A DNA stretch of 62,730 bases, counting the filler, from Bonamia ostreae (taxonomy: Eukaryota), in assembly GCA_040357525.1 (NCBI GenBank). It is 17 parts of 17 records of this genome, joined end to end, with 100 filler letters (N's around TTAATTAATTAA, not from the genome) between each part and the next. Parts side by side here need not be neighbours in the genome. Positions count along the whole stretch, not along the records: positions 51,854 to 55,421 come from JBDODL010000475.1; positions 55,522 to 59,076 come from JBDODL010000476.1; positions 59,177 to 62,730 come from JBDODL010000477.1; 14 more parts are not named here. One strand, written 5' to 3'. The position numbers were made by a program, and so were the translations under genes. Below are positions 51,854 to 62,730 of this stretch, piece after piece. Within the stretch, counting starts at the first letter, position 1, and each line of letters starts with the position of its first letter. The notes below the pieces were generated by a model. The model was not told the DNA's origin. It did no database searches and saw only the letters and a list, made by a program, of their open reading frames with translations.

Positions 51854-54800
51854 TAACTCTTCCCACGTCAATATTCTCAATATTTGTATCGGTACCACCT
51901 TTTCTATTTTATTGTTACATTATAAAATATTTGACCAAAACTACTTTGATTCAAAAATACATTGTCAAATTACTTTAATGTTACAAAAAAGATGTGAAAC
52001 CGATTCCTCTCGAGACAAATCTCATTTGTCTCTTGGTTCTACGCAACAACGCAGAAACAATGAGCGAGATTATTTCTCGGCGATTTTCGTAAGTTACTTC
52101 TGACGAATATTCTATTCTGTGCTCAGCCAACAAATTTGTTAGTTCTTCTTTTTCAAATTCGTCTTTTTTGCTTTCTTTCGAACTTTTCAATCTCTTTCGT
52201 TTTATTATTTTTCAATTTTTTTTAACATTTTTTCGATTTTTCGTTTTAAAATATTTTTTAACATTTTTTTTTCGATTTTTAAAATATTTTTTCTAATTTT
52301 TTTCGATTTTTATAATATTTTTTCTAATTTTTTTTCGATTTTTATAATATTTTTTTAAATTTTTAATCGTTTTTTATTTTTCAATTTTTAAAAACGAGAT
52401 AAAGTTGAGAATCGACATGAATCAAATCTTTCAGTTCGATCGTATCCCCGCACAGCAATTTCCAAAAAATGTCAGCCAGATTTAAAGACAACTTTGCTTC
52501 CGTTCTTATACAACATCCTGTGAACACTCCGATCATCTCGAACATTTTGCAATCCGCTTTTTATTTGTCATTTTAACAAAATATCGAACAAATTTTTCTT
52601 TCAGCGACAATTGGCCATTTTTTACAAATTTCCGCAATTTTGTACAAACGGAACGAACATGAAATTTTGGAATAAAAACCGGGAGAAGTGGCATCCGGAT
52701 TGACGACGAAAAGCATTTTGGCTCGATTCTCCAGTTTGTCGATGGGGACGAAGGCGTTACATTCCTTTGAAATCAGCTCTTCGCTGATCTCAGAGAAGAA
52801 CTGTCGATATGGCCCGGCGGTTCCGACGACGTGTTGGTCTTTGTACGAGACTTCGAAAGCGATGTAAGGCTCAGTTCCTTGTGGCTTCTGCGGCCGCAAA
52901 TGAGATTCTTTGACATCGCCAAGTTGGCGCATCGCTATTCCGAAATGAGTGTCGCGCGAGAAGTTTATTTCTGTGTCGGAATTCTTATTTTTCAAATTTT
53001 TTTGAGCATTTTTAAACATTTTTTGGCGTTTTTTAAACATTTTTTGATAATTTTTTTGGTCAAATTTTGCCATTTTTTAAACATTTTTTTTGACAATTTT
53101 GGTCAAATTTTTCCTTTTTTATACATTTTTTTGCCATTTTTAAACATTTTTTTGCCATTTTTGACTAAATTTTTTTTGAAATTTTTAAAATATTCAAATT
53201 TTTTTATCAAAACTGATTTTTCTGCGATTGCGAGACGATTTATCGACACAACCGGCAAATTGGTCTGCGCAATTGCAGTCAAGCTCATCACGGAATCAAT
53301 AAAATCGATTTTGACTACTTTGAAGACATATCTCTTGCACAACGCTATCATTCCAGCCAATGATGTTTTCTCTTTGTCTCTTTTTCGTAAATTTTTAAAT
53401 GTCAATTTTTAAATTACAAATCGGTCAAACCTGTGCAGATTGATAAACTGCAACGAATCCGCCAATAATTTGTTGAAAATTTTGAGCAAGACAAATTGTA
53501 ATCGAATCAGTTTGCTCTCGATTTGTCCCAATTTGCGTAAAATCGGCTGCTTCATTTTCGTTGTTATTTCTTTTTCAACTCTTTTTGATTTAAAATTTTT
53601 CATTTTAGATTCAAAAAATTTTCAAATAAAAATATTTAATCAAATTTTTCGATAGTTAAAATTTTTGAAACGAGATTTGAGACGGATTCAGGAAAAGCGG
53701 TGAGAATTCCCCTCTTGCTTCAGAAATCAGTTCAGAGAATTCGATGAAGCCATCTCCGATATTTTGGATTTGTTCATTTTCCAAAAGTTCCGACAAATTA
53801 TCTGCGCTGCACAAAATGTCGCTATCAAAATTCAAATCGATTCTAGTTTTGATTGAACAAATTTTTGAATTTTTGAATTTGTCAAAAAAAATTGAATTGC
53901 AATAAAAAATTTGCACTTTTTTTTGAATTGATAAAATCAATAAAAATTTTGATTTTAAGATAAAAACTGCATCGATTTGAGCCAATTTATAATATCGATT
54001 GGATTCTCTGAAGAGAATTTGCATATTTCTGCTATCAACAATACGATTTCAAAATCGCCGTTTTCATCACAAAGAGAACTTAAAGATGCGACGAACGATG
54101 TGAATCTATCCTCATCCGGTAAAGGATCTTTTTCAAATAGAAATTATAAAACAATTAAACGAAATAATTAAAAATTGAACAAAAATAAAAATTAATAAAA
54201 CGAAATAATTAAAATTCGAACAAAAATTATAAAACGAAATGATATTAATTAAAAATAACAAACGAAAAAGAAAGATGGAATAAAAACGGGAAGAAAAGAT
54301 CGACAGAACTTCGCCAAGATTAATTTTGCTTTTTTGGGGCAAAATCCAATTGTCACTTGAAACGAATTCCCAAAACGGCAAAATCTTTTTCACCGCTTTT
54401 TCGTTCGTTTTCAGTTTTTTCTCGTCGGAATTGTTTCTTTTCCGCTTTTTCACCGTTTTTAAATTCTTTTTTTTTGTAATTTGCGATTATGACATTTTTA
54501 TGACATTTTTGTTTAAAGCTAAAATTGTGTCGACATCTTGTTCGACATTTTTAATGCAAAAATTATTTTTAAACATTTTTATAAAATTGAGATTTTTGCT
54601 CAACATTTTTGTTCGACATTATTGTTATTTTTAGACATTTTTCTAAAATTAGATTGCTAAACATTTTTGTTCGACAATTTTTATCAAAATAGAAAATTAC
54701 GTCGACATTTTTGTTCGAAATTTTCGAAAATCATTAAATTTTATCTAAAAACATTTTTCTGGTCGATTTTGAACGACAAAGATTCCACAATCATTTGACA

Positions 54801-55421
54801 CAAAGAAATTTTGACTTGCGGAGACGAGTTATTAAATTGCTCTCTAAAATACTCGTAAACGTTTTTGCTCTCTTCTTCCAACTTATTCTTCTCCAATTCG
54901 ACATTTTGCTTTTCGACCTTCCGACCAAAACGTTCTATTTCCAACCACAGTTTACCAAAAAACGCGCCATTTTCGTCGTTTTCGCTTCCAAAATCTTTTC
55001 CGACGAAAATAGAAAAAATCGCACCGAAAAATCGTTTTTTGGGCGCTCCGGACATTTCCAAAAGCTTTAATCGCATAAAATTGTTTTCAAAATCGTCCTT
55101 TTCGTTCATTATTTCGGGATAAGTCGGCGCGACTTCGATCGGTTTGCCGTAAATGTCGGACAGAACCTTTCTGAAATCGATTGAGAGCAACCGCTCTTCC
55201 AATTGTTTCCGTTTCGTTTCGTTGTTGAAACTCAGTTCCACGAAGGCCATTCTGTTCGTCTCTTGCGGTTTCTGCATTATTTCCAAATCTTTTCCGGTCA
55301 GTTGGCCGTAAATCTCGAACCCGCTCAGAGCGAGGTACCAATGCATGTTCGAGTTTTTATCGGTCTATTTCGTTTGTTGTTACATGTACATATCAAAAAA
55401 GTTAATTTCTTAAGTTTTAAA
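51854..55421 (-). CDS. HECT-domain E3 ubiquitin ligase fragment
   Basis: Begins with HWYLALSGFEIYG, then HECT N-lobe motifs FEVSYKDQHVVGTAGPYRQFFSEISEEL, FEMIGVFTGCCIR..LNLADIFWKLL..DLIHVD and VTYENRRE. Confidence 0.85.
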
Positions 55422-55521
55422 NNNNNNNNNNNNNNNNNNNNNNNNNNNNNNNNNNNNNNNNNNNNTTAATTAATTAANNNNNNNNNNNNNNNNNNNNNNN
55501 NNNNNNNNNNNNNNNNNNNNN

Positions 55522-56685
55522 AAAATTGTCTCAGCATACTTTCATAATCATTATTCTCTGTTTCGACTATTTCGCAATCAACAAAAACTATTTTTAAACC
55601 CAAATTTCTATAAATTACAAGAATGGCGTTTTTCGCAATATTTTGATTGGTAAATTTGTTTTTTGTTTGGACAATGTGATAAAAGTGCTCCCACAAATTT
55701 TTTAATATGACATCTAAAGCAATTTCGCCGAAAATTGAATTATTGGAAAGTATCTCAAGTAATGGATATCCTTTCTCCTCTTTTTCTAAATATGGCTTTT
55801 TTGTTCTTGATGCTGTTAATGTGTATTTTGAAGGTTGTTCCGTTACTTAGAATTTTAACAATTGTTTGAATATTAATTGGAATGGCCATTGTTTTCTAAC
55901 TGGGAACAGCCACTAACTCAGAACAATTAAATTAGTATTAAAAAAAGGCATTTTTATAAAAATTGTTTTAAGATAAAACAAATTTTAAAAACTGTAAAAT
56001 GTCTGCATTCTTTTGCTATGTTCAACAAATTCTTTTAATTTTGGATTTGCTGATAACATTTCTTCGCCAAGTTTATCGGGATACAGTTGTGTAGAAGTTT
56101 CAGATATATCAATATCTGACATTGTGTCTGTTATTTTAAATATTTCTCTTGCAGATGTCAGACTCTTTTGTTCTTTTTTATTTATTTTGTGATCAAGTGT
56201 TTCTGTTTTAGTATCTTTTTCTGATTTTTCAGATTTTTGAATCGTTTTCAAATATTTATTCCTCTTCTTCAACATTCTATGCCGCAGATTTTCAGATTTT
56301 TGGTCTGTTATCGGTGCCTTCTGCACAATTTCTCGTCTCTTAATATTTTTAGGTTTGACACCTTTGTTTCCAAAGTCTTTATCCGAAGTATCTAAGGATG
56401 GCAACAACGGAAGTTCGTCTTCTTTATTTTTATCAATTGTTTCTGATGAACTACTTGAAACTAATTCACTCGAATCTATTGGATAAGCAGCATTGAAATC
56501 ATTCTCGTAGAAATTATTATGATAGACATCATTAACGGAACAATCTACAAATTCTGTCAAAAATCGATCATCTTTATTATTTCTATATCAGAATGAAAAC
56601 CTTTTTTGTCATCAGAATTAGTTTTTTCAGTTTCTTCAAAAGTAAAACTTTTCGTCTTAATTACTTTTTTATTTTTTCGGGGCAT
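55522..56685 (-). CDS. Hypothetical protein (3' truncated)
   Basis: ATG 56685, a 29-nt intron, a 191-aa exon and further exons to the contig edge. Confidence 0.5.
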
Positions 56686-57104
56686 TTTTATTTTTCGAAA
56701 TTTTGCATAAAAATTATTTTTTTCGTTTCAGTCATTCGACTAATGTAGATAAGAAATTAACAAAATTTAAAATAACAGAAGAGATTTTAAAGTTAACTAT
56801 TTAAATATTGTTATATTTTAATAGTAAGAATTTAATACTATTAGATCATAGTTACAATCTTCAATATTCAAAGTAGATCAAAATATTTTGTATTTTAATT
56901 TTAATTTTGGATTTTAATTTGTGGACACTTTTTGGAGAGCGCGTTATTTATTCTTTGCAATTATAACTAGTCGCAAAATTTTTAATTTGTTGATTGAACA
57001 GAAAAAAAAGACATCGAAATAATGCGAGCAAAAAATCAAATTTTGAAGATATCACTGAAGCAATCCCAAGCTCAAAATTAAATATTTAAAAAGCGAAATT
57101 TAAA

Positions 57105-57867
57105 ATGGATTTGAGGAAATCCCCTTTTTATTTCTTTTTAACAATAGTTGGATTTGCGTTTTTCATGAAACCGAAAATGCGTTTGCTGTTTGACGTTAAT
57201 TTGTTGTTGTGTTTATTTTTATACTTTTGTTTTGAATACTGGATTTATCGAGACGAAGAAATCGCTTTTTACGAAGTTTTATTAAATTTGTTCAAACTCG
57301 AATTTTTGTTTAAAGGGATTAAAAAGTAACTGGTTTATAGTCAACGCCATATTTTTCCATTGTTTACTTGATTTTGGTGTTGGCGTTTTACATGTTTTCC
57401 CGCTTTTGGACGAACAGTACAAAATATTGGACAACGTTTATTGAATAAGCCATTTTTAACAAAAATCAAATTTAAAATTTTGACAAATAAGAGATTTGTC
57501 ATTGATCACGCTGTGAGCTCTGTGATCGGAATTATAGAGGCAACGATAATGTCACCGTTATGCGTTGTTACATACATCAAAATCAAAAACAAATCGAATC
57601 ATAATTTTTTTGAAGTTTTCGTTTAAACAACAAAATTTCAAACAGATTGTCACAAGCACTTTTCACATATTCGGAGCTTTAATGTTTGTTTTTTGCGAAG
57701 TTTGGGATAACCAAGTTAACCTTTTAAACAAGAACTCGCATTCGATCGCATTGAAAACAGTTTATTATTGGTTTGGATTTTGGTTTTGCAACTTTATTTG
57801 GATAATATTTCCTTTGCAAATTATTTGTGCGAACTATCTAAAAACGGAGTTGGAAAAAATGGAATGA
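57105..57867 (+). CDS. Emopamil-binding protein / sterol isomerase family (EXPERA domain)
   Basis: WFIVNAIFFH, QYKILD..RFV, IEATIMSPL, QIVTSTFHIFG and YYWFGFWFCNFIWIIFP. Confidence 0.82.
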
Positions 57868-57874
57868 AAATAAA

Positions 57875-58314
57875 TTAAAAATTTTTGGGGCTAAATGACG
57901 AGTTGCAACCGCAACTTCCGGATGAATTTGGGTTCTGGGAGATTTCAAACGTTGATCCCACCATTTCTTCTTTAAAATCGACCGTCGCTTCGTCTAAGAA
58001 ATCAAGCGAAATGGAATCTGCAATGACTTTTTGGTCGTTCAAAACAAAAACACTTAAAATTTTTACAGAAACAAGTCGTTTTTTGCTGTTTTCGTGACGA
58101 TTTGAAAATCGTACTTTAAATCAGAGCAGCCGCCCGGTTCTACTGATACACGCAACATTCTTTTGTGGCCATTTTTATATTTTTCGTTAATCTTTCGAAG
58201 TTGTTCTGCGCAATTTTGAGTTATTTTAAGAATTTTTGTTTTCTTCGTCACAAAATTGTTTATTGTTATCTTGTTTTTAAATGCTTTTCTAGTGGACTTA
58301 GACAATATGTTCAT
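57875..58314 (-). CDS. ISCA2: Mitochondrial A-type Fe-S carrier (IscA/HesB family, Isa2-like)
   Basis: LRVSVEPGGCSDLKYDF...DSISLDFL..ATVDFKEEMVGSTF...NPNSSGSCGCNSSF; one 20-nt intron; presequence-like N-terminus. Confidence 0.92.
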
Positions 58315-58497
58315 TCCGATCAATGTTTTATAGCTATGTTTAGGCTTTATAATAAATTTTGTGTTCTAATGGTTAAAATGCAAAAGCGACATATCTTCTA
58401 AAACTAAGAGTAGCCTTACCAAGAAATTAAATCTTTATTGACTAAAAATGATTTGTTGGAGCTTAAACATTATATTGAAATTTATTAATATAGAAAA

Positions 58498-58926
58498 ATG
58501 GAGCTTAATTTACCGAAGAATGTGTACAGTTACGATAAAAGCAACCACGATTTTTACTTGAAGAACTTTAGAAAAATCGTTTGCACCGATTTCATCATGA
58601 AAAACTGCCCGTTTGATAGCAAAAGTTGCTTCTATTCCCATTCCCTGAAACCACAAAGAAGAGTTGGGAATCTCGATAAAAACTACGGCATTTTTTACAA
58701 AAGTGAAGCTTGCGAAAAAATGCTCAAACAGCAAATCTGTGAAAAGGATGTCGAATGTGATTGTGCACACTCACAATTTGAAATAGATTACCATCCCGAT
58801 TTCTTTAAAACGAGAGAATGCGCTTCGCCATTAAGTTCTAAAAACGGATTTTGCGCAAAATATGGTTTGCATTGCCCAAACGCGCATGGCGATAACGATC
58901 TTCGAATATTTTCAATGTTATTATAA
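58498..58926 (+). CDS. Unkempt-like CCCH zinc-finger protein (three fingers)
   Basis: HDFYLKNFRKIVC...CFYSH...RR...YHPDFFKTREC...GFCAKYGLHCPNAHGDNDLR parallels Unkempt ZnF1-3. Confidence 0.8.
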   Translation: MELNLPKNVYSYDKSNHDFYLKNFRKIVCTDFIMKNCPFDSKSCFYSHSLKPQRRVGNLDKNYGIFYKSEACEKMLKQQICEKDVECDCAHSQFEIDYHPDFFKTRECASPLSSKNGFCAKYGLHCPNAHGDNDLRIFSMLL

Positions 58927-59408
58927 TATTCCATTTTGAAACTTTAGACATTATACAATCTACTGTTATTATATATAAATCTGCTAACATTTTTAAATAT
59001 ACATAATCCCAAAAATTGAACTCCGACAATGGCTTCAAACTATTTTTGTCAATAAAGTGTAAACAATAACTTTAAANNNNNNNNNNNNNNNNNNNNNNNN
59101 NNNNNNNNNNNNNNNNNNNNTTAATTAATTAANNNNNNNNNNNNNNNNNNNNNNNNNNNNNNNNNNNNNNNNNNNNAAAACATCACAAAATAACTTTTGT
59201 TGATCTGCAAACAAACCAATTTAAACTGCAAAAACGAAAAACAGTTATCAAAAAACATTTTCCTGAAAATATTTAGATTGACCGGATCGGAATATTTATT
59301 CCCATTCAACCCAAAAACAGCAATTGCTTGGTGTTTTAAACTTATTATTGTCACCATATAAACAGTCGTACACAGATTACCACAATTTCATAAAGCAGTC
59401 TTTGTACA

Positions 59409-60019
59409 ATGCCAAAAGATGAGCAGATTCATAAAGCCGCGTACAAAGGCGAGCTCGCCGCGGTAGAAAACATAATAAAAGAAGGATTTGACATTAACGC
59501 GATTGGAGCTGGTAACCGCACTGCGCTGCATCGAGCGGTTGGAGGGGGCCACGAAGAAGTGGTGTGTTTCTTGATTAACAATAACGCTGATGTCAATGTT
59601 GTCGACGCTAATGGAAGAACTCCTTTGTTTTAGCGATTTTCTAAAATTTAAAACAATTTTAAATTTAGACATTGGGCGGCGATAAGCGATTCAATCGATT
59701 GCGCGAATAGATTATTGAGCACAAATTATATAGATATCAATAAACAAACTAAAACTGGAGCGACTGCTTTGCACATGGTCAGAATTTGAATTTTAATGAT
59801 TTGTGAATAAAAGGCAATAGAAAACAACAACGCAAATTTTGCTTTGTTTCTATTAAACAACGGATGCCGGACAGACATAAAAGATTTCGATCCGTCTAGA
59901 CCAAAGACAGCATTGATGATGGCGGAAGAAAAGAAAATGAACTCCGTTTAATTGCTTTAAAATTCGAAAAGGTCGTGAAAAGAATAAAGCCGGAGAGCGG
60001 TTGTTGTGATTTAATGTAA
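59409..60019 (+). CDS. Small ankyrin-repeat protein with C-terminal CCDLM
   Basis: IHKAAYKG, RTALHRAVGGG, GRTPL|HWAA and GATALHM; last exon KRIKPESGCCDLM*. Confidence 0.88.
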
Positions 60020-60245
60020 ATTTTTGTTTTTACTTTTTTGTTAAACTTAAATTCGACTTTTTTAAATGCGAATTGGAAATCTCAAATTTTAATGTCCCAA
60101 AAGCAAATTTTGCTTTTGCGATTACTTTACTCGATTTAAACGCGGCGACAAAATGGTATTGTCGACGCACCTGTAACCGAGACGCCATTGTGAATTTATT
60201 ATACTTAAAAATTTAACAAAATTGCTAAATTTGAAAATTGATAAA

Positions 60246-61227
60246 ATGGTCGGAGAAAAAATAGTTCTTCGCGCAATGAGTTGCAAACAGGACATGTCAG
60301 CCACTGCAAGTGGTTCTTGCTTGTTTACTGCCGGCAACACAAAAGTTTGTTGTGTTGTTACCGGCCCTTCTGAATCTACTATCCGAGATGAAAACGTTGA
60401 CAACGCTGTAATTTACGTGTCGATAAAAGGATTTGAAACAAGTTTTATAATTTACGTGATAAAAGGCGAAGAGAATAAGCGGATTGAATCTTTTGTCTAT
60501 GACGTTTTAGCTGCTGTTTTAATAACAAGTAAACTTCCTTCTACTTTTATTGACTTCCAAATCAGAATACTTGAAGACGATGGCTCTGTATTAGTTAAAT
60601 TTGCATCTCAAGAAAATTTGCATTTTTAGCTTTTTTCGATTTTTGCAAATTTTTATGGAAACTTTTATAAAATGCGATTAACAAAATTTTTGCAAAAATT
60701 GATATTTTTTTACTTTTCAAATTTTGTAAATTTTTAAAAATGATTAAAATTGCAATTTTTGCAGAACTAAAGATAAATTTTTAAAGTCGGCGGTTTTAAA
60801 TTGCTGCGCTGCTAGTTTGTTGTTAAGCGGAATCGATTGTTTGTCATTTTTTGCGGCTGCAGAAATCGCGCTTAACAAAGAAAGAAAGTTAATCCTAGAC
60901 CCTGACAAAACATCACAGCAGGTTTTCTGTCTCATTGGTCTTCGACCATTTAAAACGATTGTTCGGATTTCCAAAGCTAATTTGGCTCATATACAATATC
61001 AATATTGTATATGTGAAACGTTAAAATGACTCAAACTCAAAAAGGAGGCATCCGCAAGATTATCATGTGTGTTCACAAGCAACGACCAAAAGATTTTGAG
61101 TATGAACTTGGAAGGGGAAATCGAAGAAGACGAACTGACGTTTGCGATGGAAACAGCTGAAATGGCAGCAAAAACAGTTGAAAGATTTGTAACTAGTTCA
61201 ATCGAAGCGAAGATGAATTTAGATTAA
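60246..61227 (+). CDS. EXOSC5: Exosome RNase PH-like subunit RRP46 (EXOSC5)
   Basis: ASGSCLFTAGNTKVCCVVTGP, LPSTFIDFQIRILEDDGS and NCCAASLLLSGI. Confidence 0.82.
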
Positions 61228-61236
61228 ACGTTCATT

Positions 61237-61573
61237 TTATTCGTCTTCATCTTCTTCTCCGTTTTCCTTATATTCGGCGTCTAGTGACCCCAAAAGCGTG
61301 AAGCTCAGCAAAAACTTCTTTTGGTGAGGCTTTTGATTTTTTATAAAAACGAGCAAAAGAGGGTAAAGGTTATAGAATGTCATGGCGTATATCGGCATAT
61401 AAATTACAGCGCTGTTGAATATTTGTTTAAAAGTTATGTACATAGAAGGAAGTTTTGTGCATTAAAATTAAACCCGAAAACAAGACAATTTCTCAGATGC
61501 GGTATTTTGATGTTTTTGGCTTGTAGCATTCCTTTTCTGTAAAAAGAGTTCTTTAATTTAGAAGAATTACCAT
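61237..61573 (-). CDS. Small single-pass membrane protein with acidic tail (predicted 4 exons)
   Basis: Spliced: M|NSFYRKGMLQAKNIKIPHLRNCLVFG|AVIYMPIYAMTFYNLYPLLL|KFLLSFTLLGSLDAEYKENGEEDEDE*. Confidence 0.45.
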
Positions 61574-61735
61574 TTGCTGCCAACTTTAGCTATTCGAATT
61601 TAAAGTATAGTGAAAATATAATGTTTATTGTTTAGCCAAAACTGTCAAGATTATTTTAGATGTAATCTTTAATTAACGAATTTAAATTAACAAGTTTTTA
61701 ATTTAATTTTAATTCAAGAAATAATGGTTTCCGAA

Positions 61736-61808
61736 GGAGATACCGGTCTACTGGTTAGCGCATATCACGCCAATCTTGTAGCCACGGGTTCGAATCTTAG
61801 AGTTGGCA
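61736..61808 (+). pseudogene. tRNA-like sequence (pseudo-tRNA or SINE head)
   Basis: A-box-like CGGTCTACTGGTTAG and B-box GGTTCGAATC at tRNA spacing, but the acceptor and T stems do not pair. Confidence 0.5.
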
Positions 61809-62010
61809 TTTCCACAAAACATTATTAAATCTAGATATACAAAACAATTGTAACTCCGAAGCTCACGGTTGAGGGTTAACACGCCACTCGAAATGTCTCG
61901 CGTGAGTTTAAAAGTTTACAATGTGTCAGCTACGCAACGCCTTTGTCTGCGCTACAAGGTGAAAACCGAAATGGACGGTCAAAGCGTTTGCATTAAAAAT
62001 GTTTGATCAT

Positions 62011-62730
62011 TTACTCTGTATAAAGACATCGAAGACAGTCTCTCGAAGAAATGATTCCCAAAATATCTTCCGCGTTTTTTGAATTGGAGACAATCAAATT
62101 TCGTACGCTTTAATGAATTATCAAAACAGTTTGTTTTCCATGAAAAGCTTGAAGCACTTTGAAATGGTATCTTCAGGTTTTACAAAAACGGCAGCGGTTT
62201 CAACGACATCTCCAACTTTAACATTTTCCGGGTTTTTTCTTTTCAAACCCATTTTTCTGCAATATTGACGCTTAAAAAATTTAATAATTATCAAAAAGAA
62301 ATAACAAACTTATTTAATTTTTCGAACAAAAAATAAGATAAAAAAGAGTTATTTATAACAACAAAATGTAATTTCAAAAAATAAAAACAGTCGTGAAAAG
62401 TCCCTTAAATTTGCCGTCCTTCGTCGCGATGAATTTATTTGCGTGTGTTCTAATCATTAACCGCAGAGCATCTAGAACTGGTTTGGATTCGTCAATGGAA
62501 AACATATTGTTCATTGGCGTTTCTTCGTTTTCTGGTTGGATCTTCATGATTTCAAGGACTCTTTTCGCTGTAACATTTTGACTTTTATTCATTTCAATAT
62601 CTGTTAATCCTTTTATAACGTCAAGAGGTGTGATCATTCCGACTATTTTTCTGTTTTTGTTTACTTTTAAGTCGCAATTCTCTTTTGTTTTAGATATTTT
62701 CAAAATTTTGCTTTTTGAAATGTTTTAATG
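62011..62730 (-). CDS. CBS-domain protein (5' truncated)
   Basis: IVGMITPLDVI, IDESKPVLDALRLM, VKPEDTISKCFKLF and ILGIISSRDCLR. Confidence 0.82.

Noticed and set aside
52980-53210. Repetitive MFKN/KNGKK peptides as a repeat protein
   Set aside because: They are the translation of an intronic minisatellite within the HECT gene.
61290-61320. Minus-strand SFC-TGA as a second selenoprotein
   Set aside because: That frame closes seven codons later and matches no selenoprotein family I recognise. Another frame gives a coherent C-terminus.
61736-61808. Functional tRNA gene
   Set aside because: The acceptor and T stems do not pair and there is no clear anticodon arm; kept only as tRNA-like.

Overview
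This is not a continuous locus. It is 17 contigs of about 3.55-3.64 kb, sorted by decreasing length and joined by artificial N44-TTAATTAATTAA-N44 linkers. They come from an AT-rich, gene-dense eukaryote using the standard code. Many introns are ultra-short (about 17-30 nt, GT-AG, often with GTTT donors); a second, longer class is often filled with minisatellites. This architecture suggests a reduced parasitic protist with a mitochondrion; a Bonamia-like haplosporidian is my unverified guess. Recognisable genes include an SP-RING SUMO ligase, selenophosphate synthetase with an in-frame UGA (Sec), duplicated pfkB kinases, a DEAD-box helicase, TMEM208, thioredoxin, KRI1, SPOUT1, BUD13, an inositol 5-phosphatase, ABCF, eIF5, an ENT transporter, a ZSWIM-like protein, IPI1/TEX10, pieces of a HECTD1-like ligase, EBP, ISCA2, Unkempt-like, RRP46 and a CBS protein. 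The most notable signals are the Sec codon in SPS2, the tiny introns, a head-to-head pfkB duplication centred on a LINE reverse-transcriptase relic, a dispersed palindromic MITE-like element, a Cys-containing collagen, an I78-like protease inhibitor and convergent genes with overlapping or abutting stops. All calls come from manual translation and motif recognition; no searches were run, and exon boundaries are manual predictions.
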